A stretch of 10,804 bases of DNA from Pseudomonadota bacterium (GTDB lineage Bacteria; Bdellovibrionota_B; Oligoflexia; Oligoflexales; CAIMVM01): NCBI GenBank assembly GCA_037142195.1, contig JBAXBA010000108.1, forward strand, positions 1-10,804. Direction: 5' to 3'. The notes under the pieces were generated by a model that worked only from the letters and a program-made list of their open reading frames with translations, was not told the origin of the DNA and ran no database searches. Numbering within the stretch: the first letter of the stretch is position 1; each line of letters begins with the position of its first letter. Positions 1 to 6,875 of the stretch are shown piece after piece. Made by a program: the position numbers and the translations under genes.

Positions 1-209
1 ACAACTTTTTTATCAAAATTATTGTTTTCTTTTTAGATACTTAACCAATCAGTCCGTCGCCAGGAGGAGGTTTATAGGGTAATTCTCCTGTGGTTACAAG
101 AAGAAATTTACATAAAATTAAAAAAAATAAATGCCCGTGATAATATCCACTTAGGACCGCATCCGCTGAGCAATATAAGTGCAGTTATAACTCCGTTGAG
201 CAAATGCAG

Positions 210-929
210 TTAATGAATCTCGTATTCATAACCCACTAAAATCATTTTTTGACCGTAACCTTGATGATCCCCATTGATCCAAACTATCTTTTCATCCTTC
301 AATCGCCACAACGCAAATAACTCAGATTCTTTTTTTAAAATGGAATAGGGAGAAAACTTCTCGTCGAGTTCTAGTTTCATCCGATTAAACTCTTCATTCC
401 AAACACTTGGCTCGGGACTTCTTCCATAGAGAAGTCTGTCAAATGCTTCCGTATCACCCTTCTGATAGGTAAGAGAAAAAATCGAAAGACCTAGGGATGT
501 AGCTTCTTCAAATGAGAGCTGAACCCGTTCCCCTGTGTCTTTGTTTCCAGAGTTTATTTCTGTGAGAGAAACACCAGCAGCTGTTATGAGCTTTTTGGCA
601 TCTAAATAGCTCAAATTTTGCGAAACAGCTTTAAAAATGAAGTCTAATAGAAACGAATTCAGATCGGTTTTCGCTTGAACAATCGACATTGAGGCAGACT
701 TAGGAGGAAAATTGAGGGGTGCTGATAGGCTCTGATTTTGGAGCGTTCCATTTGACTGAAGAGACTCGCTCTTTGACGCCCCTGCTTCAGCATCTGAATC
801 AGCGCGTTCTTCTCCAGCTACCACCTCGCTCTTGCTTGGCAAAGACTTACTTACGGTACCAGAAATGAGCCAAGCCAGCACACCACCGAATAATACACAT
901 ATAAAAACAAATGTTTTTTTAATATGCAT
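210..929 (-). CDS. Hypothetical membrane-anchored protein (N-terminal TM/signal anchor, Ser/Ala/Glu-rich linker, C-terminal domain of unknown function)
   Basis: 239-aa ORF with ATG start and GGAG Shine-Dalgarno a few nt upstream on the - strand (CTCC at 935-938). The N-terminus MHIKK is followed by hydrophobic TFVFICVLFGGVLAWLI, then a low-complexity linker. No family recognised. Confidence 0.8.
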   Translation of the reverse strand: MHIKKTFVFICVLFGGVLAWLISGTVSKSLPSKSEVVAGEERADSDAEAGASKSESLQSNGTLQNQSLSAPLNFPPKSASMSIVQAKTDLNSFLLDFIFKAVSQNLSYLDAKKLITAAGVSLTEINSGNKDTGERVQLSFEEATSLGLSIFSLTYQKGDTEAFDRLLYGRSPEPSVWNEEFNRMKLELDEKFSPYSILKKESELFALWRLKDEKIVWINGDHQGYGQKMILVGYEYEIH

Positions 930-1058
930 CCTGGCTCCATGAATTTAGACTTTAGTATGCATTAAAGAAGACGGGATCCACTAAGAAAAAAATACCTATG
1001 ACTTTATGCATTATTGCTAAACGTCACTGCTGAATTAATATTGTAATGAGGTCTACGC

Positions 1059-3320
1059 ATGATTAAATTAACCTTGTTCCGAATATTCACTATTTCTCTA
1101 TTGCTGGCGAGCTGGGTTGCAAGTAGGTCTTCTACCTGGCAACAACAAGAAGATTACTTTGACAATATACTTTACCATTTTCTTAAAAAAAACAACTTTG
1201 ACAGCAAAGGCATTTCTAAGTCTCCTATCACTATTTTAACAGTAGATTCAGAAACCATTAAGAAACTTGGATGGCCTGTTCCTAATGAAACTTGGAATAA
1301 AGTATTTAAATATATTGAATCCCAAAAGTATCAGGTCATATTAAATCTTCTGCGCTTTAGCCAAAAGGACAAGGATGTTCTGTCTAAATCTATGAAACAT
1401 CTAAATGTCATAGGTTCTTCACTTAAGCTTGATAAAGAGTCAGCTGCCCTTAATGGCCCTGAAGAAGACTTTGTAAGCGACAAGGGGCTTATATATACGG
1501 ACAGCTCTAAGGGCCAAGAGCTCCCCATAATGCCCCTTTCATTAGAAGAGGACCTTGAAGTCGCGAGCAACTATCGAAAAATAGGCATACTTCCATTTTT
1601 TTCCGAAAGTCAGAGAAACAATGGCTTTCGAATGTACCGAGACCTATCAACAAATACAAAAAAGTATTCTATTCCCTACTCTAGTTACTGGGCTCTCGAA
1701 GATTTGCTAAATGTCTCTTTCGAAACTTCTTCTGGAGGAAAATCAGACAGGTTTGTCCAAACGAAAAAAATATCCCCACTTCTTTTCTTTGGCAATCCTT
1801 ACCAAAAAACTGCCGACTACCTCGTGAATCAAGGAATTGAAAAATACTACTTGATAGACATTATCAATGGAAGTCAGGAACTGCCTAAAAATAAGCTTTT
1901 GATATTGTCAGCTGATGGGATGGACCAATTCTATCCAGGGCCAAGTAAAAAAACATTCCCCCCTCACATTCAAGATTCGCGAGGAGACCTTGTAGCTCGC
2001 GCTATTTCTGAAGTATACCAAGAAACAGCCGTGAATTCCATTTCAGGCTTTACCACTGAAAAGCAAAATCTAATTATTTTATGTTTGATTTTGATTTTGA
2101 TTGTTGGCACTTTAACAGGCAGAGAATGGCTTGTTTTTATTCTCGCTTGCTCTTCTTTCGCCATCCATCTCTATTTTGCCACAAACAATTCCCATGAAAT
2201 CGATATAGCTTCTATTTTTGACGTGAATTTTTTCGCCATAACAATCATCTACCTTATTTGTCTACTTACGACTGAAAGTTTAAGAAAATCCCTGATGGAA
2301 TCCATTAAGCTGGAATTAAGCGCAAGCTTAATTTCCTGCAACAAAGTGACTGAATCTGAAGATGTTTGCATAGCGAAGTTCAAAAAGAAAATGCTTTATT
2401 TACCCTTGGATTTGCGGATTTACCAAGACAAAAATGAAATGCCACCGACCGCAAGTCTTCTATTTCGCTTAGAGCGCAGTCTTTTCAGATTCTTCCGTAC
2501 TTTTGACAAAATCTCACACCGACAGGCTAGCGAGCTTATTCAGGACTTAACCTTCCGATCCATTGATCAAATCAATCGGCGAGAACTTGAAACTGAAACC
2601 CTCATTAAAATGAAACAAATCAGCGCAAAAAGCGAAATACTAGGAAAATTCTTGTCTGATTCATTAGTGAGCAGATTCTCCAAATCAGAGGCATTAGAAG
2701 CCTCCCTAGCAGAAATCATTCAACCAAAACGACAGTATGCAGCAATTCTTCAAGCTGATATTCGAGGGTTTTCTAGATTGACTGAAAAGATGTCACCTGA
2801 GGAGGTAGTCATCATTCTTCAACGCTACTACAACGACATTGTAAACTACTCCCAAGCATTTGCTCAGGTCAAACTGATTGGTGATGCGATTTTTCTTTTT
2901 ACAATTGAAAGTTCTGATCAATCCGCATGTACCCGTGTCTTTGAAGCAGCAAGAATCTTAATTGAGTCAACAAAAAGAGAAAATAGTCTTGTCGATGTCA
3001 AAGATAGACTTCATTTTGGCATCGCTTTGAATTACGGCGAAGTTGTAGCAGGAAATGTGGCAAGCAACACCTGCATTGACTACACGGTTATTGGGGTTGA
3101 AGTAAATAAGACGGCACGCCTGGAAGAATTAACAAAAGATAGTTATGTTAGTTCTCAAATTGGAAACTACTCGCTCTTAGTTACCCGCGCTATGTATGAA
3201 AATTTGCCAATATCTTTAAAAACTCAAGTGAAATGGTTGCGCCTCGCAGAAAATCGTGTAAAAGTGAGGTCATTCCCAGATATTGAAGAAATTGGCTACG
3301 CAAGTTTTAACGGAGAATAG
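1059..3320 (+). CDS. Membrane-bound class III adenylate cyclase with a divergent CHASE2-like extracytoplasmic sensor and 3 TM helices
   Basis: SD GAGGT at 1048-1052. C-terminal motifs AILQADIRGFS (D567), VKLIGDA (K605, D609), FGIALNYGEVVAGNV and DYTVIGVEVNKTARLE (T676, N683, R687). The N-terminal ITILTVDSETIKKLGWPVP and KNKLLILSA resemble the CHASE2 IVIVAIDE..SL..LGRWPWPR and KGKIVLIG motifs. Three hydrophobic segments at about aa 338-405. Confidence 0.9.
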   Translation: MIKLTLFRIFTISLLLASWVASRSSTWQQQEDYFDNILYHFLKKNNFDSKGISKSPITILTVDSETIKKLGWPVPNETWNKVFKYIESQKYQVILNLLRFSQKDKDVLSKSMKHLNVIGSSLKLDKESAALNGPEEDFVSDKGLIYTDSSKGQELPIMPLSLEEDLEVASNYRKIGILPFFSESQRNNGFRMYRDLSTNTKKYSIPYSSYWALEDLLNVSFETSSGGKSDRFVQTKKISPLLFFGNPYQKTADYLVNQGIEKYYLIDIINGSQELPKNKLLILSADGMDQFYPGPSKKTFPPHIQDSRGDLVARAISEVYQETAVNSISGFTTEKQNLIILCLILILIVGTLTGREWLVFILACSSFAIHLYFATNNSHEIDIASIFDVNFFAITIIYLICLLTTESLRKSLMESIKLELSASLISCNKVTESEDVCIAKFKKKMLYLPLDLRIYQDKNEMPPTASLLFRLERSLFRFFRTFDKISHRQASELIQDLTFRSIDQINRRELETETLIKMKQISAKSEILGKFLSDSLVSRFSKSEALEASLAEIIQPKRQYAAILQADIRGFSRLTEKMSPEEVVIILQRYYNDIVNYSQAFAQVKLIGDAIFLFTIESSDQSACTRVFEAARILIESTKRENSLVDVKDRLHFGIALNYGEVVAGNVASNTCIDYTVIGVEVNKTARLEELTKDSYVSSQIGNYSLLVTRAMYENLPISLKTQVKWLRLAENRVKVRSFPDIEEIGYASFNGE

Positions 3321-3321
3321 G

Positions 3322-4173
3322 TTGCTTTCTGAAACGAAATACAATCCTGAAAAACCTACCAAGTTTATAGTCTTAGATCCCCATGGCGCAGATTTTTCTA
3401 ATTTTTTGGCTTTGCATCCTGAAATTCTTGAACATGCGGAAGTTCAGAGGGATATTGATCTATTTAAAAAATATTTGTCCATCGAGCGGGATCTTGGTGC
3501 CACGGATTTAGCACATTCATTAGCCCAAGAAATCGCCATTTCCTCAGGGAATGGAGTTGAAGTTGTTTCTATTGAATACCCAAGAGGTCTCCTTGATGGT
3601 GGACGCGATGAAAATTTCGCGGTGAGGTGTGCTTTACCAAAAAGCCTTTTACAAAAATACTCCCCCCAATGGACGAAGCTCCATTTAGATACTATTAAGA
3701 GAGTCGAAAACAAAATAATCGCATCAGATCAAGATTGCCTCGTTATCGATGTGCATACCATGTCAAAGTACGATTTCTTGCGTTTTGTAGACGGAAAGCC
3801 AATATCAGAGTATGTGTCATGGGAGAGCCTCGGCGATTACGTTAAGGCATTTACTGAAGCTAGAGAGACTACTCGGCCCTTTAATATCCTTTGTCGAGAC
3901 GAATCCAATCAATTTACATCGTGCCCAAAAATTGTAGGGCGTCTTAAGGAGCAACTTGCGACTGAGGCCGTTAGATTTGAAGAAGATGTTCCCTATAGAA
4001 TTATGAAGAGATACAGATCCCATACTTATTTAAATATTCGCAGAGGCATCGCCATTGACCTACCAAAAACCTTTGTCGCTAAAGATCAAGAGTCTTATAG
4101 CCTGGAACATCTTGAGGTCGACGAAAAGAAAGTTAAATACTGGGGCCAACTGTTAGCCAATGCTTTCACATGA
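3322..4173 (+). CDS. N-formylglutamate amidohydrolase (FGase)-family / Zn-dependent amidohydrolase-like protein
   Basis: Motifs in family order: IVLDPHG, RDLGATDLA, PRGLLDGGR (cf. SRLxxDxNR), LHxxxI, VIDVHTM (cf. LIDxHSM), DVPY, IAIDL. I prefer the in-frame TTG at 3322 (GGAG at 3312-3315, 6 nt upstream, 1 nt after the cyclase stop) over the ORF-track start at 3283. Confidence 0.7.
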   Translation: MLSETKYNPEKPTKFIVLDPHGADFSNFLALHPEILEHAEVQRDIDLFKKYLSIERDLGATDLAHSLAQEIAISSGNGVEVVSIEYPRGLLDGGRDENFAVRCALPKSLLQKYSPQWTKLHLDTIKRVENKIIASDQDCLVIDVHTMSKYDFLRFVDGKPISEYVSWESLGDYVKAFTEARETTRPFNILCRDESNQFTSCPKIVGRLKEQLATEAVRFEEDVPYRIMKRYRSHTYLNIRRGIAIDLPKTFVAKDQESYSLEHLEVDEKKVKYWGQLLANAFT

Positions 4174-4191
4174 TGAAAAAGTAAGATAGAT

Positions 4192-4884
4192 TTAAATCTT
4201 ATAACTTTCTGAGATAATACGTATTAAGCTTTCAACTGACTCTTCAAAGGTCAATTTTGAGGTGTCAAGTAAAGTAGCTCCCTGACACATAACGAGGGGA
4301 GCAATACCCCTTTTAGAATCTTGTATATCCCTCTGCTCAATCTCTCGCATCAAGGTTTCGAGTTTTAGAGATGAATCGGCAGATCCTTCTGCTTCCAGTT
4401 GACGAAGCCGACGCTTAGCTCTCTCTTCTAAACTCGCAGTCATAAAAACCTTACAAGCACTATCAGCAAAAACTACGGTGCCAATGTCGCGGCCGTCAAC
4501 GATGGCTCCTTTTGGCGAAAAAAATGCTAATTTTCTTTGCACAGGAAGCAGTGCGGCTCTTACAGCACCATTCTTTGCCACGAGGCTGGCATTAGCTCCG
4601 GCAGTATGCGAGTTTAGACGTAAGGTTAAATCGTCAGAACCAACATAGAGCCTTCCCGTCGCTGGGTCCCAAGTGAAGTTTTTTTGAAACTCTTCCACTA
4701 GCTTAACAAGCTTCTCATCGTCATCTAAAGACACTGATCGTTCTGCTGCGATAAGTCCAACTGCACGATAGAGAGCGCCTGTATTAACGTAAGTCCAACC
4801 CAATCGGCTCGCTACTGCCCGGCATATGGAGCTCTTCCCAGAGCCTGCAGGCCCATCTACAGCAACAATCAAGGGATTAGACAT
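4192..4884 (-). CDS. cmk: Cytidylate kinase
   Basis: P-loop VAVDGPAGSGKSS, plus TGALYRAV, DGRDIGTVVF, KVFMTASLEERAKRR, RDxxDSxRxIAPL and LDTS. The start overlaps the accA stop by 8 bp. Confidence 0.97.
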   Translation of the reverse strand: MSNPLIVAVDGPAGSGKSSICRAVASRLGWTYVNTGALYRAVGLIAAERSVSLDDDEKLVKLVEEFQKNFTWDPATGRLYVGSDDLTLRLNSHTAGANASLVAKNGAVRAALLPVQRKLAFFSPKGAIVDGRDIGTVVFADSACKVFMTASLEERAKRRLRQLEAEGSADSSLKLETLMREIEQRDIQDSKRGIAPLVMCQGATLLDTSKLTFEESVESLIRIISESYKI

Positions 4885-5842
4885 TTAAAGCACCCTCAGA
4901 AGTAAAATCAATGGATAGAAACCTAGATATACGCTGAGATCTGAGTTCGTCTCCAGATAGCTTAGACAACTCGTCAAGATCCCTATAAATTCTTTCTTTT
5001 ATACTCATCGCCGTCAATTGAATAGATCGATGAGCTCCTCCTAGAGGTTCTTCAATGATTCCATCAATAATCCCAAGCTTAAGCGTTGGCTTTGCCATCA
5101 ACTGAAGACTCGCAGCAGCAAGGTAGGCCTGCCCTGAATCCTTCATTAAAATTGAGGCGCAGCCTTCAGGCGAAATCACTGAATAAGTTGCGTGAGACAT
5201 CATGTAAATTCTGTTTGCTACGGCAAGTGCCAAAGCACCGCCCGAACCGCCTTCGCCAATCACAATACTTATGATCGGCACCTTTAGCTTAGCCATAACC
5301 ATAATGTTCTTGCCAATTGCCTCAGATTGCCCTCGTTCTTCTGCATCCACTCCAGGATAAGCCCCTGGAGTATCAATGAGAGTGACAATAGGAAGCTTAA
5401 ATCGCTCTGCCATGGACATCAAGCGCAGTGCCTTGCGATACCCCTCGGGACGAGGCATCCCAAAGTTTCTTTTTATATTTTCCTTAGTTCCTCTACCTTT
5501 TTGGTGACCGATCACCACGATGGATTTGCCGTCCATTACTGCTAGTCCGCCTACGATAGCTTGATCGTCCAAAAAATTCCGATCTCCATGTAACTCCACA
5601 AATTCCGAGCACATTTCGGAAATCAACTCGAGGGTGCTTGGGCGGCGAGGGTGACGGGAAATTTGAGTCGTTTCATAAGGGCTAAGATTGGAAAACATCT
5701 GTTTTCGTAAAGTTAATGCCCGTTCTTCAATCTCTTCAATCTCACGGTCTAAATTAATGGCCTGAGTAGAAGCCGTTCGGCGAAGCTCATCAATTTTTGC
5801 TTCAAGGTCAGCTAATGGTTTCTCCAAAGGTATATGTTCCAC
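4877..5842 (-). CDS. accA: Acetyl-CoA carboxylase carboxyltransferase subunit alpha
   Basis: Motifs RHPRRP, ELHGDR, RNFGMPRPEGYRKALRLM, IDTPGAYPG, AEERGQSEAI, GEGGSGGALA, YSVISPEGCASIL and EPLGGAHR. GTG start with AGGAG SD (CTCCT at 5851-5855 on +). Confidence 0.98.
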   Translation of the reverse strand: MEHIPLEKPLADLEAKIDELRRTASTQAINLDREIEEIEERALTLRKQMFSNLSPYETTQISRHPRRPSTLELISEMCSEFVELHGDRNFLDDQAIVGGLAVMDGKSIVVIGHQKGRGTKENIKRNFGMPRPEGYRKALRLMSMAERFKLPIVTLIDTPGAYPGVDAEERGQSEAIGKNIMVMAKLKVPIISIVIGEGGSGGALALAVANRIYMMSHATYSVISPEGCASILMKDSGQAYLAAASLQLMAKPTLKLGIIDGIIEEPLGGAHRSIQLTAMSIKERIYRDLDELSKLSGDELRSQRISRFLSIDFTSEGALNV

Positions 5843-5995
5843 GCCGATATCTCCTGCATTGCTTGAACGAAACCCAAACTATCCCTGAAACTTTACTTTC
5901 ACACAAGCTTTAAAACAAAACGAGATTCCCTTAAGATTACAGACCGTTACGGGACAACTTGATGCGTCCTTGAAAATATCAACAAAACGCAGCAA

Positions 5996-6008
5996 TATCA
6001 AGGAGTTG
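5996..6008 (+). promoter_or_regulatory. Putative IHF binding site
   Basis: TATCAAGGAGTTG matches the IHF core consensus WATCAANNNNTTR exactly. It has A-rich sequence 5' of it and lies in the accA/ihfB divergent intergenic region. Confidence 0.55.
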
Positions 6009-6053
6009 CATCGACCCAAGGAAGATGTTTCTTCAACAAAAAAACAGATTAAG

Positions 6054-6083
6054 TTGCCATAATGATTTAGGTCTTGCTAAAAT
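6054..6083 (+). promoter_or_regulatory. Putative sigma70 promoter of the IHF/HU gene
   Basis: TTGCCA (6054-6059), 18-bp spacer, TAAAAT (6078-6083), with extended -10 TG at 6075-6076. It ends 50 nt upstream of ATG 6134. Confidence 0.55.
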
Positions 6084-6133
6084 ATAGAGATAAAAACTAT
6101 TGCCATCACATTGAACAAAAGGGGCACCGAAAA

Positions 6134-6439
6134 ATGGTTAAATCAGAATTGATTGAAAATCTAGCACAACGTGCTGATATCACCTTGGCTAAAGCAGAAG
6201 AAATCGTAGATTTGTTCTTTGACGCCATGAGCGATGCCCTATGCAAGGGCGGCCGAGTAGAAATTAGAGGTTTCGGCGCTTTTACAGTGAGAGAATATAA
6301 GTCTTACACGGGGCGGAATCCAAAAACAGGCGAAAAAATTGAAGTACCCATAAAGCGACTGCCTTTCTGGAAAACCGGACAAGAATTGAAGCAGAGAGTA
6401 GATTCTGCATTTGATGGTAAAGATGCAAAGAGAATCTAG
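6134..6439 (+). CDS. ihfB: Integration host factor subunit beta (HU/IHF family DNA-binding protein)
   Basis: MVKSELIE start, RVEIRGFGAF, YTGRNPKTGE and PFWKTGQELKQRVD are beta-like signatures. ATG at 6134 is preceded by AAGGGG. The 20-codon upstream extension in the ORF track overlaps the predicted promoter and is not family-like. Confidence 0.9.
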   Translation: MVKSELIENLAQRADITLAKAEEIVDLFFDAMSDALCKGGRVEIRGFGAFTVREYKSYTGRNPKTGEKIEVPIKRLPFWKTGQELKQRVDSAFDGKDAKRI

Positions 6440-6585
6440 GGTTAGCTCAAAACATACTCATTTTTAGAGTTCCGCTTAGTGTTTAGACACAACGCTATTT
6501 TATTTGTAGCTTGACTCTTCATCACTTGGTATGAGTACTATTCGACTGCAGGTACCAATCTGCAGAAACTTTAGGAAATTGCTTT

Positions 6586-6798
6586 ATGCCTATATATGAG
6601 TTTGAATGTAAGAATTGCGGTAAAATCATGGAATTAACCATGAAGATGAGTGATGCAAACCCTGAAAGCTGTGAAAACTGCGGAAATGGCCCCCTTCAAA
6701 AGCTGATAGGAAGATCTACAGCTTTTGTGCTTAAGGGGTCCGGATGGTATGAAACTGATTTCAAAAAGCCACCACCAAAGTCTTCGGGCGACTCATAA
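6586..6798 (+). CDS. FmdB-family zinc-ribbon putative regulatory protein
   Basis: MPIYEFECKNCG...CENCG...FVLKGSGWYETDF is the typical CxxC/CxxC FmdB-family pattern. SD AGGA at 6573-6576. Confidence 0.93.
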   Translation: MPIYEFECKNCGKIMELTMKMSDANPESCENCGNGPLQKLIGRSTAFVLKGSGWYETDFKKPPPKSSGDS

Positions 6799-6817
6799 GC
6801 AAAATTTTTATTCTTAG

Positions 6818-6842
6818 AAACAGCTCATGGGCTGTTTTTTTT
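6818..6842 (+). terminator. Rho-independent terminator after the FmdB-family gene
   Basis: AAACAGCT-CATG-GGCTGTTT hairpin (one G:U pair) running into T8 (6835-6842), about 20 nt after the stop codon. Confidence 0.8.
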
Positions 6843-6868
6843 GTTAAAATAGAAGAAACTTTTAGGGG
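6842..6868 (+). promoter_or_regulatory. Putative extended -10 promoter and SD for the SelD-like gene
   Basis: TG-T-TAAAAT at 6842-6850 directly after the terminator U-tract. AGGGG at 6864-6868, 7 nt before TTG 6876. Confidence 0.45.
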
Positions 6869-6875
6869 ATCTATT

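Noticed and set aside
85..151. DnaA-box-like TGTGGTTAC and ATATCCACT in AT-rich DNA (possible oriC)
   Set aside because: Each has two mismatches to TTATCCACA, there is no box cluster, and no dnaA/gidA-type context is visible.
3283..3321. 38-bp overlap between the cyclase and the hydrolase using TTG 3283
   Set aside because: No SD at 3283, whereas TTG 3322 has GGAG at good spacing.
4188..4199. 12-bp palindrome AGATTTAAATCT at the hydrolase/cmk convergence
   Set aside because: AT-rich and too weak to be a terminator. It may be chance.
6074..6133. N-terminal extension of the IHF ORF from TTG 6074
   Set aside because: It overlaps the predicted -10 element, while ATG 6134 has an SD and gives the canonical family N-terminus.
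6438..6480. tRNA-like GGTTAGCTCA after ihfB
   Set aside because: No T-arm at the correct distance and no acceptor stem or cloverleaf.
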